Below are positions 1 through 14,410 of a stretch of DNA of 64,000 nucleotides, in pieces. The DNA is from Octopus vulgaris (lineage: Eukaryota), in assembly GCA_951406725.2 (NCBI GenBank), contig OX597834.1, forward strand, positions 14,074,001 through 14,138,000, given 5' to 3'. The notes below the pieces were generated by a model that did not search any database, was not told the DNA's origin, and was given only the letters and a program-made list of their open reading frames with translations. The position numbers and the translations under genes were made by a program. Every line of letters starts with the position of its first letter. Position 1 is the stretch's first letter.

Positions 1-191
1 ATTTATCTTTATCTTTTTACGTGCTTCACTAATTAGATTGCAGCCAAGCTGGGCACTGCTTTGAAGAATTGTTAGTTGAAGAAATCGACACCAGTATGGT
101 TTGCATGCTTCGTACATATTCCACCGGTCTCTTTTTCCGAACCGCCAAATTACGGGAAAGTAAATACACCAACATATGTAGAGTACTATAT

Positions 192-419
192 ATTTCTTTA
201 CTACCCACAAGGGGCTGAATATAGAGGGGACAAACAAGGACAGGCAAAAGGATTAAGTTGATTACAGTTTTGGATTAGATGAAGGTACTTTATTTATCGA
301 CCCCGAAAGGATGAAAGGCAAAGTCGACCTCGGCGGAATTTGAACTCAGAACGTAACGACAGACAAAGTACCGCTACGCATTTCGCCCGGCGCGCTAACG
401 ATTCTGGAAGCTCGTCGCA
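192..419 (-). mobile_element. SINE family B (tRNA-derived head), monomer
   Basis: Contains the family core ATCGACCCCGAAAGGATGAAAGGCAAAGTCGACCTCGGCGGAATTTGAACTC, shared with the copies at 18704, 48302 and 61461. Confidence 0.85.
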
Positions 420-1165
420 TTATATGAGAGTACTATATATTAAACACAGTTGGTATAACTAGAGAGAGAGAGAGAGAAAGAAAACATAAAGAAAGAAAGA
501 AAGAAAGAAAGAAAGAGAGGTAGTGAAAGGTGAGGGAGATATAGTGAGAGAACAATATATTAGTTGAATGCCGCTGACATAACTATTTTCTGCTCCTCAT
601 ACATACGAAGAAAAATATTTTCACACACATAAAGAGAGACAAGCAATTAGAGACAAAGACAGAGAGGGAACAAGGGGAGAGAGAAAGAGAGTGTAAGGGA
701 AACAGTGAGAGAGGGAGAGACAAAGAGACAGTCAGAAAAACATCAGAGGTGATGTAGTGAAATAGCGAGGCTTTAATATGTCTGGCATCAGTGACGAATT
801 AATGACGTGAGATAGGCGACGACAAAGACGCATCATACCTCTGAAAACAGGTTCTTCGCTATTGGTAATAAACTTTCTGCTAAGATTCATCAATATGACG
901 CTGATTATTCGATGAGTATTGCGATGGTGTAAAAGAAAATCTAATCTACGATTATTATCATAGAATTTCTCATTTCTAACTCATTGCGTGGAACAGAACG
1001 ATTATGAGAGAAACTATATTATTCAATTTAGTTTATGCAAACATTTTATGTAGCAATGCTTCATTGCCTATTTGTAGATTAATAGACCGAGTTAATGCAT
1101 ATACGCCAGATTTCTTCATCTAATCCAATGAAGTCTGCATAAAAGAAAATAAATCCATAAAACTA

Positions 1166-1330
1166 GGCGAAGGGGGTGGCCTTGTGGTAAGTAGCTTGCT
1201 TGCCAACCACCTGGTTCTGGGTTCGGTCCCACTACGTAACACCTTGGGAAACTTCCTTCTCCTATAGCTTCGGGCCGACGAATCCTTGTGAGTTGATCTG
1301 GTAGACAGAAACTGAAAGAAACCCGTCGTG

Positions 1331-1363
<33 letters not shown>

Positions 1364-1379
1364 ATGTGTGTGTGTATGC

Positions 1380-1426
<47 letters not shown>

Positions 1427-1663
1427 TATATGTATATGTGTGTGTGTCTGTGTTTGTGTTTGTGTCCCACCTCCCATAAATGCTTGACAACTAATGTTGG
1501 TGTGTTTACGCACCCGTAACTTAGCGGCTCGGCAAAAGAAAACTATAAAATAAGTACCAGGCTTACAAAGAATAATGCTCTGGGTTCGGTGTTTTCCTCT
1601 CAAAAGGCGATGCACCAGCATGGTCGCAGACAAATGACTGAAACAAATAAAAGAACAAAAGAA
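1166..1663 (+). mobile_element. SINE family A (tRNA-like head, internal (TA)n/(TG)n, tail ...CCAGCATGGCCGCAGTCAAATGACTGAAACAAGTAAAAGAG), diverged full-length copy
   Basis: A-box/B-box-like head (TGGCCTTGTGG ... GGTTCGGTCCC); aligns by eye to the copies at 8141, 57696 and elsewhere. Confidence 0.85.
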
Positions 1664-1869
1664 CTCATATAATCATCATTTCTCTTTTCCTCTCATCAAA
1701 TTCAGTGTCGGACTTCGCCAAATTAATCGTTGGGATTATCATAGCTGTTGCATGATAATCCATCGGCCGACCGAATGAGCATCACTGTAACTGGATTATC
1801 AGTTTGAAACCTTGGCTTTTAAAGTAATTTGGATTGAACAACGAGTTTTAACATTTAAAAGTTCAATCA

Positions 1870-2136
1870 ACCACCACTATCATCATCGCCACCTCCATCA
1901 TCGCAACCCTAACCATCACCACCACCACCACCACAATCACGACATCCATCATAACCACTAACATTATCACCACCGCTAACATCACCACCACCAATATTAT
2001 CACAACGACCACCATCATCACCAATATCCATCATCATCACTAACATCCATTCGCACCACCACCATCACCGTCACAATCGTGCCCTTCGTCATCATCACTT
2101 CCGAGTGTTCTACGTCGTCATCTTCACCATCATCAA

Positions 2137-2187
<51 letters not shown>

Positions 2188-2197
2188 TATCATTATT

Positions 2198-2282
<85 letters not shown>

Positions 2283-2500
2283 CCATCATCATTATCATCA
2301 TTATCATCATACTGATTGAAATAATTATAAATTTTGCATTTATGATTCTCATCTCACCACCACCACCACCACATCAATGTCGCCACCATTATCCTAATTA
2401 CAACTTTTTATCATCATTGACATCGTCTTCCTAATCATTATGAGAAGCATTGTAATACTTATCATCGCCATTATCATATTCGTTATCATATTGATCACCA
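1870..2500. repeat. Compound (CAC)n/(CAT)n trinucleotide microsatellite
   Basis: Read directly; explains the poly-S, poly-I and poly-M ORFs. Confidence 0.95.
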
Positions 2501-3384
2501 TATAATTTTAACAGAATTCTAAAAATATCGAAGCAAGAATTACAGTTTTGCGATTGGAAAGACACAACCTTCTGATATGCATCATAGATACGTCATTCTA
2601 TAATGAAACACGTTGAAGAAGAACGAGTTAGATAGAGTTAAAGACTAAAAGAGAACCATAAATAAAAGAAATTCAACATTAAAAACAGTCTGAGAATAAA
2701 CCAGAATCTTGAAAGTCTAATAAAAGAAAACTGAGTATCATTACAAGACTGTTTTCGTCTTACAGAGAGAAAGGCCAGGTGAACTCGTCTGCCATGTTTC
2801 CTAGCAAGTGCAAAATATTGCGAATATAATGAAATTCGATAAATGCAGATATGATAAATATACAGTAGTCTTGAAATAGCACTTATGTAGTACGTACATT
2901 GCGAAATGTCTTGTTTTGTTATTTTGATATTTTTCTTTGTTGCATACATTTATATATTTTACAGTTAATAAAAGCAACAAGTTTTGTTTGTGCTTTTATA
3001 GTGATTGAAGAAAGATAGAAAAAAAATTATTGTAAAAAGAAAGAAACGGAAGAATAATAATAAAAGAGAAGAGCAAATATAAAGAAGTAAATTCTTTGGT
3101 TATAATATGGTGACATAGAGAATAAAACTTGTGGACCACAATAAAACTTATATATTGTCTTGCAGTAGATGAAAAATGAGAGCATTGTGGATGTATTAAA
3201 GGAATTATTTTACTTGCTAATTATTTTACGCTGGAACATTACTTGAAGACGAAAGATTTCCTACTGAAATGAAATATTGACATTACTCTGTTACGTAACT
3301 TGAAAACTAAACATGTTATTCTTCAATATAGTATTAACATAAATAGGGAGAAATTATCTTTTATAAGAAACAGTTCATAAGATC

Positions 3385-3657
3385 CCTGAGTTTCCTTGAT
3401 CTGACCCCTCTCGATTTCTATCTTTGGGGGGCATTTGAAAGGCATGGTGTATCGCGGGAAGATAAAATACATGAATAATTTGAAGGAACGCATCGCCAAC
3501 TCCTTTGCACACGTATCACCAGATGTGCTATAACGAGTTCACAATGAGTCGGGTACACGTATGGCTATGTGTATTCAAAACAATGGTAACCATATAATAG
3601 CCTGTTTCTTATAAAAAATAAATTGTTTTTACGTATGGTGAGTTTTTAATCACCCTG
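3385..3657 (+). mobile_element. Decayed Tc1/mariner-superfamily (DDxD-type) transposon, 3' part with right TIR
   Basis: Translates PDLTPLDFYLWG/HLKGMVYRGKIKYMNNLKERIANSF...CIQNNGNHI (one frameshift); ends GGTGAGTTTTTAATCACCCTG followed by TA. Confidence 0.8.
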
Positions 3658-3677
3658 TATATTTACTATAAATTATA

Positions 3678-4100
3678 AAGCGTACGCGGCACGGATATCA
3701 GGGAGTCATTCCAAGCGGGGCCACTACTTCTGCGCATTCAGAGACCATAGCTCCGATATAACTCGCATGCGGCCAGAATGTCGTTGGAATGCATCGCAAG
3801 ACAGGTTCTTCAAGTAAACGATTCGTCATATAGGGGTTAGAAGGAAAGTCTCTATTAGTAGTCTCAGATGGCCGTGCTTGATAATCCCGCAAAAAGTGCT
3901 ATGGCGGCGGCTTCTGAGAGGAGCACATGGAGTGGAGTGGGGGATCCGGATGAGTCTACCGGCACGATATTCCGGTGAATATTGGATGGAACTAAAGAAT
4001 GAATGTCCGATAAATCCATGGATGGATGGATGGGTGGATGGATGGATGGGTGGCTACATGTTTGAATTTATGGATGGGGAGGTGGATGGATGGATGGATG
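3678..4100 (+). mobile_element. RTE-clade LINE 3' remnant with (GGAT)n tail
   Basis: Translates SVRGTDIRESFQAGPLLLRIQRP*LRYNSHAARMSLECIARQVL and later AASERSTW, resembling RTE ORF C-terminal motifs (IRE.L.VEPLLLRIERSQLRW.GH..RM; A.DR..W); followed by (GGAT)n. Confidence 0.65.
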
Positions 4101-4913
4101 GAGGTTTGGATGATCGAAAGGATTTACGATTTCACTCCGGAAACAGTTCCGCAACCGTAGGATGAGTGAATGCATTAATAGGTGGGTGATTGGATGGAAA
4201 CTTTTATCGCGAACAATGTCGCCTGTACTAAAACCTATAACAAGTCTGCTCAAACAGTTCATAAATTTCCGACATGAAATGGGCATATACCTATGTGTCT
4301 TGCTATCTTATATTTGGACTACTTTCGATTATATGAGTATAAGAAGCAGATCTTAAGATCAGTAAGTTTTCATGAATCTTGTCACTGATTTACCATAGAC
4401 ATAATTCAATTGATATTGCAGTTACTTCATTTGTAACTTGACAGAGTTTCAGTTTCCAGTTATATCTCTTTACTTCTACAATTTATTCTTCGTTTGTAAA
4501 TTTTCACAACGAAACGAACAGATGTGACAAATCACATGTTTGCCATTTTCCTGACATGAATAGGGCTAATAATCTATTGATGGCTAACAAGCACAGATTT
4601 TGGCTTCCCAGCAGTTACTTGATTAACACGATATATTTCTAGTGTGTCAAATAAAATAGCTTGTCTGCTGACTGTTTAAAACTCGGCGCCTACTGTTAGC
4701 GAAATTCCCTTATTTTAGAAGAAAATCAATTACTTTTACAAACATAGCATATAGTAAGACTTATGAGACATACACGGCTCGTAATAATTACTATGCTGAG
4801 TAAGAGCTGTCAGTGTGCAGAATTGATCAACTTTCTCAACATTATGGAAATACGAAGTAGGTCTCCTGCAATATACAAATGCTGTCTTAAAAAATGGCGT
4901 AATGGATAGTGTT

Positions 4914-5256
4914 CGTCCTTCGGTTCGAAGATGACCAACTGACATCATCTGATGGAACTGCCGCCATGAGACCTGAGGTGGCTGGTGAGGCCAATCCGGG
5001 CAAGGAAGCCCCTCCCACAGGTGGGGCAGAAGTGGGTAGAGGCCGTGCTACTGGTGCAGGCGGCTCTGGCTTTACGCATCTGACGTTTCTGCTCCGCTGA
5101 TCGAATCCATCCCTCCTCGGCTGTCCCTGCTCCCACGGTGATTGCGCTGCGCCAGGATGAGCGGTTGGCAGCAAGTGTCTCCCAGGTCTCTGTTCCGATG
5201 GAGAAGTCTTTGAGAGAGACCTTGAGACTATCCTTGTAGCGCTTCTTCTGCCCTCC
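4914..5256 (-). mobile_element. 5'-truncated RTE (BovB-like) LINE 3' end
   Basis: ORF 4945-5283 contains GGQKKRYKDSLK...WETLAANRSSWR...CPTCGRGFLARIGLTSHLRSH (RTE C-terminal C2H2 finger); 3'UTR GTCATCTTCGAACCGAAGGACGAAC; candidate TSD GATAGTGTT at 4905-4913 and 5257-5265. Confidence 0.9.
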
Positions 5257-5649
5257 GATAGTGTTAGGAGAAATGCAGTACATATCAAAGATAGTGTTAG
5301 GAGAAATGCAGTAAATATCATGATTAGATTCTGTACGATTGAATATCTGATTAATTTCTTTTTTGGTTATCAGTACGAGTTATACAGCTTATACAAGTTA
5401 TACAGCTTTTCTATATGAGAGTTAAGATGACAGTTTTAAGTTCGTTGAAAGGCTAACCCCGAAAGAAAAGGTAGATTTAGCTTTATAAATACGAAAAAGA
5501 AATTAAAGAATCAGCCACTATCAATTTAAATAATGCGGGATATATATTTCAAGTAAAATTCATACGGTGAGTCAACAGAAGCACAAAATTAGAATGGAAA
5601 TCAATGCGACATTATCATTTCCAAATGCGAAATATTAAAAGAAATTCGA

Positions 5650-6006
5650 ACAAGAGCACTCAAAGAGCTCAAGCTCCCGCCAAGACAACACCAACGTCCT
5701 CTCAACGATTAACCAGAGATGCTTTTTAAATGAGAATGTCTGCAATAAATTCGACTGCTCCCAGAAACGTGAATACTAAAAACAAAATCGAGTGCTCTCA
5801 CAAATTAAGAACAATCAATTTAAGAAAAATAATCCAGAATCCTCGTCCGGTATCTGACCGATCTGAAAATCTACCCAGTTCGTTTCTGGCCAAACATCTC
5901 TGAAAGTTTCATCCGAATCCATCCAGTGGTTCTTGAGGTATCCTGCTTATGGAGAAACAAATAAATGAAAAAAATATCTCCATCTTAGCGAAGGCGGAGG
6001 TGATAA
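5650..6006 (-). mobile_element. Non-autonomous Helentron/HINE-like element
   Basis: One end is ACAAGAGCACTCAAAGAGCTCAAGCTCCCGCCAAG (hairpin plus subterminal repeat), the other GGCGGAGGTGATAA (inverted subterminal repeat); internal AAAGTTTCATCCGAATCCATCC motif typical of such elements. Confidence 0.6.
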
Positions 6007-6404
6007 ATGTAAAGATATGATATCCACTCGAAATACTCAACATTACTACCCAGCTGCTATGAGGTTCAAGTCTCTACATAACGTGCCTTTAGCTGGAAAC
6101 GATAAATATATATTATGCATGTTTGTATATGGATGCATGTATAGCTGTAGACGTGGCTGTGTGGAGAAGAGATTGCTATCCAAACCCATGGTACCGGTTT
6201 CATTCGCATTGCTTGGTAGCTTACCCTAGTGTCTTCTAATATAGTACTGGACTCATTAAAGCTTTGTAAGTGAAATCGGAGCTTGAATTCTACGGGAAAT
6301 TGACTCGTACAAAAATTGAATTGTTTCCAAAGGAAATGTTGTCCATTCTTCATCTAAAACAGTGTCCAGTTGATGTAGTGATGATGGTAGAGGATATAGA
6401 CTCC

Positions 6405-7564
<1,160 letters not shown>

Positions 7565-8036
7565 GAGAGAAAGAGAGAGACACACAACTACTGAAATAAT
7601 CATTACGTGACGAAAACTTTAAAGATCTCAATCAAATTTTACAAATATCATTACAACGAAATAGCTTGCAAATTATATGGAAGATTAAATGTCGTTGTGA
7701 AAGCTGACTGAAATATATGAATGCGTTTCATAAACAAATAATTAAATGACACATAATTCAAGAATCAAAACTTCTAAATTACAGATGTAGAATGGTGAAT
7801 ACAGAATTATATAATCTCTAACATTTCAGTGACGCATTTAATCAGGAGAGAAGCATTGAATAACATGAAGATGACGTACTGGAATTTTCTCCAACGGAAT
7901 CTGAATGAAATATAAATTAATTTAAATGTCAATGAACATAACGAGTCGCTCTTTATTCTCTATAATACTCTTTAATTATCGTCAGAGCTGATATATACAG
8001 GAATATTTATGAACACACACAGACACAAACACACAT

Positions 8037-8070
<34 letters not shown>

Positions 8071-8094
8071 GGAAAGAGAGAGTGATATATATGT

Positions 8095-8140
<46 letters not shown>

Positions 8141-8142
<2 letters not shown>

Positions 8143-8543
8143 CGTAGGAGTGGCTGTGTGGTAAGTAGATTGCTAACCAACCACACGGTTCCGGGTTCAG
8201 TCCCACTGCGTGGCACCTTGGGCAAGTGTCGTCTACTATAGCCTCGGGCCGACCAATGCCTTGTGAGTGGATTTGGTAGACAGAAACTGAAAGAAGCCTG
8301 TCGTATATATGTATATATATATATATATGTGTATGTGTGTCTGTGTTTGTCCCCCTAGCATTGCTTGACAACCGATGCTGGTGTGTTTATTTCCCCGTTA
8401 CTTAGCAGTTCGGCAAAAGAGACCGATAGAAAAAGTACTGGGCTTACAAAAAGAATAAGACCCGGGGTCGAGTTGCTCGATTAAAGGCGGTGCTCTAGCA
8501 TGGCTGCAGTCAAATGACTGAAACAAGTAAAAGAATAAAAGAG
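8141..8543 (+). mobile_element. SINE family A, full length
   Basis: Head GCGTAGGAGTGGCTGTGTGGTAAG...GGTTCAGTCCC through tail GAAACAAGTAAAAGAATAAAAGAG; adjacent to (TA)n. Confidence 0.95.
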
Positions 8544-8573
8544 TATATATTCTTTATTCTTTATTATATATAT

Positions 8574-8785
8574 ATAATCAAAATAGGCAACAAGAATAAC
8601 TTCGGTAATTTGGTACGATCGTTTCGCACTACATCATTTTATAAAATGTTGTAAATATTACAACATTTATTCTTGTTGCTTATTTTGATTATAATCCCCC
8701 CATTGGTTTATATGGATAACACCACACAGAATTCTGGTGCATCTAACTTAAGTACCATATTCATTTTAATCAAAATTTTGCTGAA

Positions 8786-8790
<5 letters not shown>
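8574..8790. repeat. Interspersed repeat fragment in (TA)n (possibly Penelope-derived) with internal inverted repeat
   Basis: ATAATCAAAATAGGCAACAAGAATAA (about 8574) is inverted at about 8667-8692; about 8690-8765 recurs inverted at about 10483-10557. Confidence 0.55.
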
Positions 8791-8836
<46 letters not shown>

Positions 8837-9004
8837 AGAGTGAGACAGGGTGTTAAACCAGACAAATAGACAGACAGGAATTGATATGTAGAGAGAGACA
8901 AACATATTCATGTACGTGTGTATATATACTTATATATGCGTGTGTGTATGTGAGACAATCAAACATGTCCATGCATAAGTATATATATACATATAAATAT
9001 GCAT

Positions 9005-9300
9005 ATCTTAAGATAGCGGGCGGTATCTCCGTCTGTCTGTCTCTACTCTCTTCAGGGTCAAACGGCAGGAACGATGGTTACTAGGTTTTTTCGGGATTAT
9101 GATAGTTTTAGGATAGCTTTATTAAGGAATGATTTTGATGGCTTTTGCTCATCTTTAATCAATGTATGAACAGTTAACGATAATGGGTTTTGTATTAATA
9201 AATAACTTTTGATTTTTTTTCTTTTCTATGCTCTTGTTATAATTCCGGAGATGAATTTCACCCCCGTATAATTCGTGACTTTAGAGGGTTTAGAAGTTTA
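9005..9300 (+). mobile_element. Possible Helitron-like 5' segment
   Basis: Starts A|TCTTAAGATAG...GTCTGTCTGTC...AAACGGC, like Helitron 5' ends; no 3' CTAG/hairpin found. Confidence 0.3.
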
Positions 9301-10014
9301 GATATTAACCCTTTGCTTCCCACCGTGCATTCACAGGAAACAAGCCACAGGGTCGGACTTTAGATCGTGCAGATGTACTTTTTAGTCCGATGTTTACACA
9401 CGGTCAGTTATACGCCGTAATGACTAGGACAACGGACCACAGAAATTTAAAAATTATTGTAGACTTAACAGAAAATATCGTCTACAAAGAAGTTTTGCTA
9501 TCATATTGATATTATTGAAAGGAATAAGATTCATAATTGAAATAAGGAAATTTGTGAACTTTGAATGTCTATGAAGATAAACAAGCGTAAAATAGTGTAA
9601 ATAACTAAAATGAAAATTTATCTAAATAACCTTTGTTTCTTGATATAAATATAGACATGTATGTATGTATGGAAGGATGGATGGATGGATGCATATGTGT
9701 GTGATTTTGTGTCTGTTGTTGCCCCCTGTCATCGCTTGACATCTGTTGTTGGTGTGTTTACATCCCCGTAACTTAGCGGTTCAGCAACAGAGTTGGGTAG
9801 AATAAGTAGTAAGCATATAGAAAATAATTCTTTGGATCGATTGCCTCAGCTAAAGCCCCCCTCCCCCAACCAATGCTACAGTATGGCCGCAATCAAATGA
9901 TTGAACCAACTAAAATAATTACGTCAATAGTAAACAAACATTTGCCGGCAAGCTCATAGCTGGCAGCCGGCATATTTTTATGCTCTTAAAAGTATTTTAT
10001 CCTTTATATATATA

Positions 10015-10406
10015 TCTTTATATATAAAAGTGAGGTTGTGTGCTGTCTGTCTCCTACGATTTAGATTCCTAACTACTCCCACATTTTGCGGTGCAGTTTA
10101 ACCAAAAGCGGTTATCTTATAGTCGTGATTCATATCGAGCCCTTCTGTGTATTAGCGCGCGTCTACGATGAGTCTACGATTTTTAAAAAAATTACCATCA
10201 ATTTTTCCCATTTTTAATGCATCTTTGGCATATAGAAGGGAAGTAACTCTCTAAAAATTTATTATTAAATCTCAGAACGTAAAAAGCTACAGTACCCCCC
10301 CCTTTGTGGTTAGCCATATTGAGATGGCTATTATACTTTACATCTCTAAAAATGCTTATATAGTTATTTCCCTTACAAACCCGAGCAACGTCGGGCGATA
10401 CTGCTA

Positions 10407-10407
<1 letters not shown>
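10015..10407 (+). mobile_element. Complete non-autonomous Helitron
   Basis: A|TC 5' end; 3' hairpin CCCGAGCAACGTCGGG followed by ...CTAG|T; no TSD. Confidence 0.88.
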
Positions 10408-10445
<38 letters not shown>

Positions 10446-11400
10446 GCAATTAAGATTCAAGTCAATTCTAATGAATTCACTTGAATATGGTACTTAACTT
10501 AGATGCACCAGAAAACTATATGGTGTTAACCAATACAGTAGTGTGGGGTGATTATAAACGAGAAATATATATATATTGTTCAGCATTTACGTGTTGGAGA
10601 AATATATTTTCCTGCTTGGTCTATAAGTAAAACAATTTTAAAACAAGTGTACCGGGCTATGGATTCTACTTCATCCCGATACGATTGAGGGTCTCAATGA
10701 GATTAGTATGCCTCCCACATTACTCGCTTCCAATCGACAACTTCTTGCATCAGTTACTTTCAATCTCCTCCGAATATTTTCTTTAATCCTATTTCATCTT
10801 CCTTAAAAAAAAGCTTTCACGTTTCACCGCAATATACGACTACGACCTCACACGTATATAGGATTGAAGGTGCGGCCTTGTTTGTATATATTCAATTATG
10901 CATCTATAAATATATATCTTTATTCACTTGGGTCTTATCAGTTTATTCATTTTGGATTTTTTGCCACGCAATTGGTTATTGTTGGCTTCCTTTGATTAAA
11001 TTCCAGCGTAGTTTTGCGAATACGTATACATATATTCTTTTATTCTTTTGTCTCTAAATATGTGTTTCATATATATTCACTGTTATCTCGCACAATCATA
11101 TTCGTTTGCCGGATTTACATCTAAGTGCAAACGTACTTGCAACAATGTTCTGTTCTTCTCTGTTCTAGTATCATTACGTTTTTACTTGATATTATAAATT
11201 TATATTTTATATCGTGTGATCGTATTCGTTTCTGCGGTTTACGTCGAAGTGAATATGCACTGGTACCTATCTTGCATTCTTTATATCTATTTTAGCCCAT
11301 GCTTTTGTGTCGAGTATTTAGGTATATATTCTTAAGTGTGGGCCGTTGGTCCGTGTGAACATCTGGGTATATATATATATACACGTACATACATATATAC

Positions 11401-11807
11401 GAGTAGCTGTGTGGTAAGTAGCTTGTTTACCAACCACATGGTTCCGGGTTCAGTCCCACTGCGTGGCACCTTGGGCAACTGTCTTCTGCTGTAGCCTCGG
11501 ACCGACCAGAGCCTTGTGATTGGATTTGGTAGACGGAAACTGAAAGAAGCTTGTCGTATATATGTATATATATGTATGTGTGTGTATATGCTTGTGTGTC
11601 TGTGTTTGTCCCCATAGCATTGCTTGACAACCGATGCTGGTGTGTTTACGTCCCCGTCACTTAGCGGTTCGGCAAAAGAGTCCGATAGAATAAGTACTGG
11701 GCTTACAAAGAATAAGACCCGGGGTCGAGTTGCTCGATTAAAGGCGGTGCTCCAGCATGGCCGCAGTCAAAATGACTGAAACAAGTAAAAAGAGAAAAGA
11801 GAAAGAG
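11401..11807 (+). mobile_element. SINE family A, near full length
   Basis: Aligns to the family A consensus; a tail-to-tail inverted tail fragment follows at about 11826-11897. Confidence 0.95.
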
Positions 11808-12430
11808 ATACATACATGTTATTCATTTACTTGTTTTAGTCATTAGAATGCGACCATGCTGGAGCACCGCCTTGGAATTTTAGTCAAATGAATCGACGCG
11901 TTTCTGGATTAGAATTATACCAATTCATTTCCGTCATCAACATAAGATTTCGAGAATTATCCATTTAAATATTCTAGAATCCTACACCTTGCATACCGAG
12001 GCGTCCATAATTAACCGAAGACTGTTTGATTTCGTTATATTTTCTTCTTTCTGCCTATGAGAGTTACAAATATTGTTATCTGTGGAGGCATATCTCTAGT
12101 GAAAAGGACTTAGCTGTCTTTTGGCTGTTGTTTCTAATTTTTTGGTATGTGTTGAATCAACTTGTTGCTAAACCCTTAATAATATTTAATTATATATATA
12201 TATATATATATATACAAAAAACAACTTTTTGTAAGAGTTTCTACCGGTAATGGTTCTCTTTCCATACCGAAACTACTTAGTAAAATTTATTATTATTCAA
12301 TTAATAATCATTTACCATATACCTGTAATGATTATTTCACCCCCCCCCTATAGCAAACTGCAGTTTTCTTTCTAAGGTACTATCTTTTGACGTATATGGT
12401 AATCTTGGAGGAAAAATATGAATTCCTTCA

Positions 12431-12464
<34 letters not shown>

Positions 12465-12492
12465 ACTCTCTCTCTCTCTCAATATATATATA

Positions 12493-12547
<55 letters not shown>

Positions 12548-12555
<8 letters not shown>

Positions 12556-12903
12556 GGTAGTTTGTCTGTGTGTGTTTCTGTGTGTCTGTCAGGTTGTACC
12601 CTCACCCTGACCACGGCTTTCAACCGATTCTGATGAAACTTGACACACACATAGCCCAATGTCATAATTCAAAACTAACGCAGCGAAAATTTTGAAAAGT
12701 TCCCCCAGTTCTGAAAAAATCGATAAATTCGACATGGGGTCGAGAATCAGAAACACAAACCACAGACTGTCTAGGGGACGCAACTCGACCTTTTTAACTA
12801 AAAAAAAAATTTACCATAATTTTTTTCCATTTTTTGGCTATAACTCTCTAAAAATGCTTTATAGTTATTTCCCTTACAAACCCGAGCAACGCCGGGCGAT
12901 ACT
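12548..12903 (+). mobile_element. Non-autonomous Helitron sharing its 3' end with 10015-10407
   Basis: Ends CTCTAAAAATGCTTTATAGTTATTTCCCTTACAAACCCGAGCAACGCCGGGCGATACT; (TCTG)-rich 5' part and AACCGATTCTGATGAAACTT motif. Confidence 0.8.
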
Positions 12904-14170
12904 ATATATATATATATATATTTATATATATGTTTGTATATACATACATACACAGACACAAACACAGGTATAAGTGTATGTATATTTCTGATGGCACCTT
13001 ATTGACCAACAAAATACAAAGTAAATTAGCATGTATAACATTTGCAAAGATAACTGACGTGGTGAGTAATTCTTCGCGAGCATTACAATTAGAAACATCA
13101 TTAAGAACTCCAATAGCTCCGACGATAGAAAGAAGATCGTAACATCAACAACAATATTTACCGCCTAAAGACAGAAACATCTGTTTGTCGTTGACAAATA
13201 CGGGATAATATTTATGAATATTCAATAAATACGTTTTTATTCCCTGAATAAAAATCGTCTTTACAAAAGTTTACATCATCGCCTGTAGAATTTTTTGCCT
13301 TGCTATTTGTTTTTCTGTCCTTTTCTCTTGTATATTTCTTTTTTATGTTTTTTTTATTTGCGTATATATTTTCTAAACTATATCGATTTTACAACTGCTT
13401 TTGTTGTAGAATTTTACTGCGACGACTGATGTGACACCATCGCTAATATCGTTGCAGACAGTTTCACGGAATAATGATTTAAACAATTACAGTTTGACAG
13501 TTTTAATACGTTTTAGAATCATTCTTTTAATTCGCTGATGTGTATTGCGGTGTTGGAATATAGAATTATCTTGAGCTGCGTTTCATAATCTGTTCAGTAA
13601 AACACTTCTATCGACTGATTCGTAATATTCTCAGATACAAAGTATTGGGATATTTATTTTCTGTTCTGGGAGGTTTTTTTTTATTTCTAGTAAATCCAAT
13701 GCCACATTGCATTTCAACATTTGGGGGTCGATAAATGAAACATTTCTCGGTTTTTTTTTCGCGGTGAATATCTGCAAATGAAAGATACAGGATTGTCACA
13801 TTTAAGGTTAATTCGGGGTGAGATTTAAGTTAATAACACCCGTTCCTTTGTTATTCATGTCGTTTTAATTTCATAGTTAACAACTCAAAAAGTCGAGCTG
13901 CTGAATGTTACGTGGGGAGAAGTGAGATACCTTCCAGTGTGTAGTATAACTTTCTCAAAGACGCTATTCTTGTGAAAAAGTGGAAGCTCTAAATGAGATT
14001 GTACATGCACATATGGAACAGCAAGGATACATTCAAAGATATAGACTAAATTTAATCACCTATTTCACGTCAGTGAATGAAATAACATTTCAAAGCTGGA
14101 ATGTGTTTCCAAAACAGATAATGTAGTTTGTATATTTTACTTATTTCATGACTAATAATTTGAAATGTGT

Positions 14171-14410
14171 GGAGGCACATGACCTAGTGGCTAGAGCAGC
14201 GGACTCACGGGTTCGAATCTCAGACCGGGCGATGTATGTGTTTATGAGCGAAACACCTAAGCTCTACGTGGCTCTGGCAGAAGGTAATGGCGAACTTCTG
14301 CTGACTCTTTCGCCACAACTTTCTTCCACTCTTTCCTCCTTGGGAACCTATACGCCAAGGAAACCGGGAAACCAGCCCTTATGAACCAGACGTGGTTCGA
14401 GAAGGAACAA
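14171..14410 (+). mobile_element. SINE with family C head and alternative tail 2
   Basis: Head GGAGGCACATGACCTAGTGG...GGTTCGAATCTCAGACCGGGCG matches 20820; tail GGAAACCGGGAAACCAGCCCTTATGA... differs. Confidence 0.75.
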
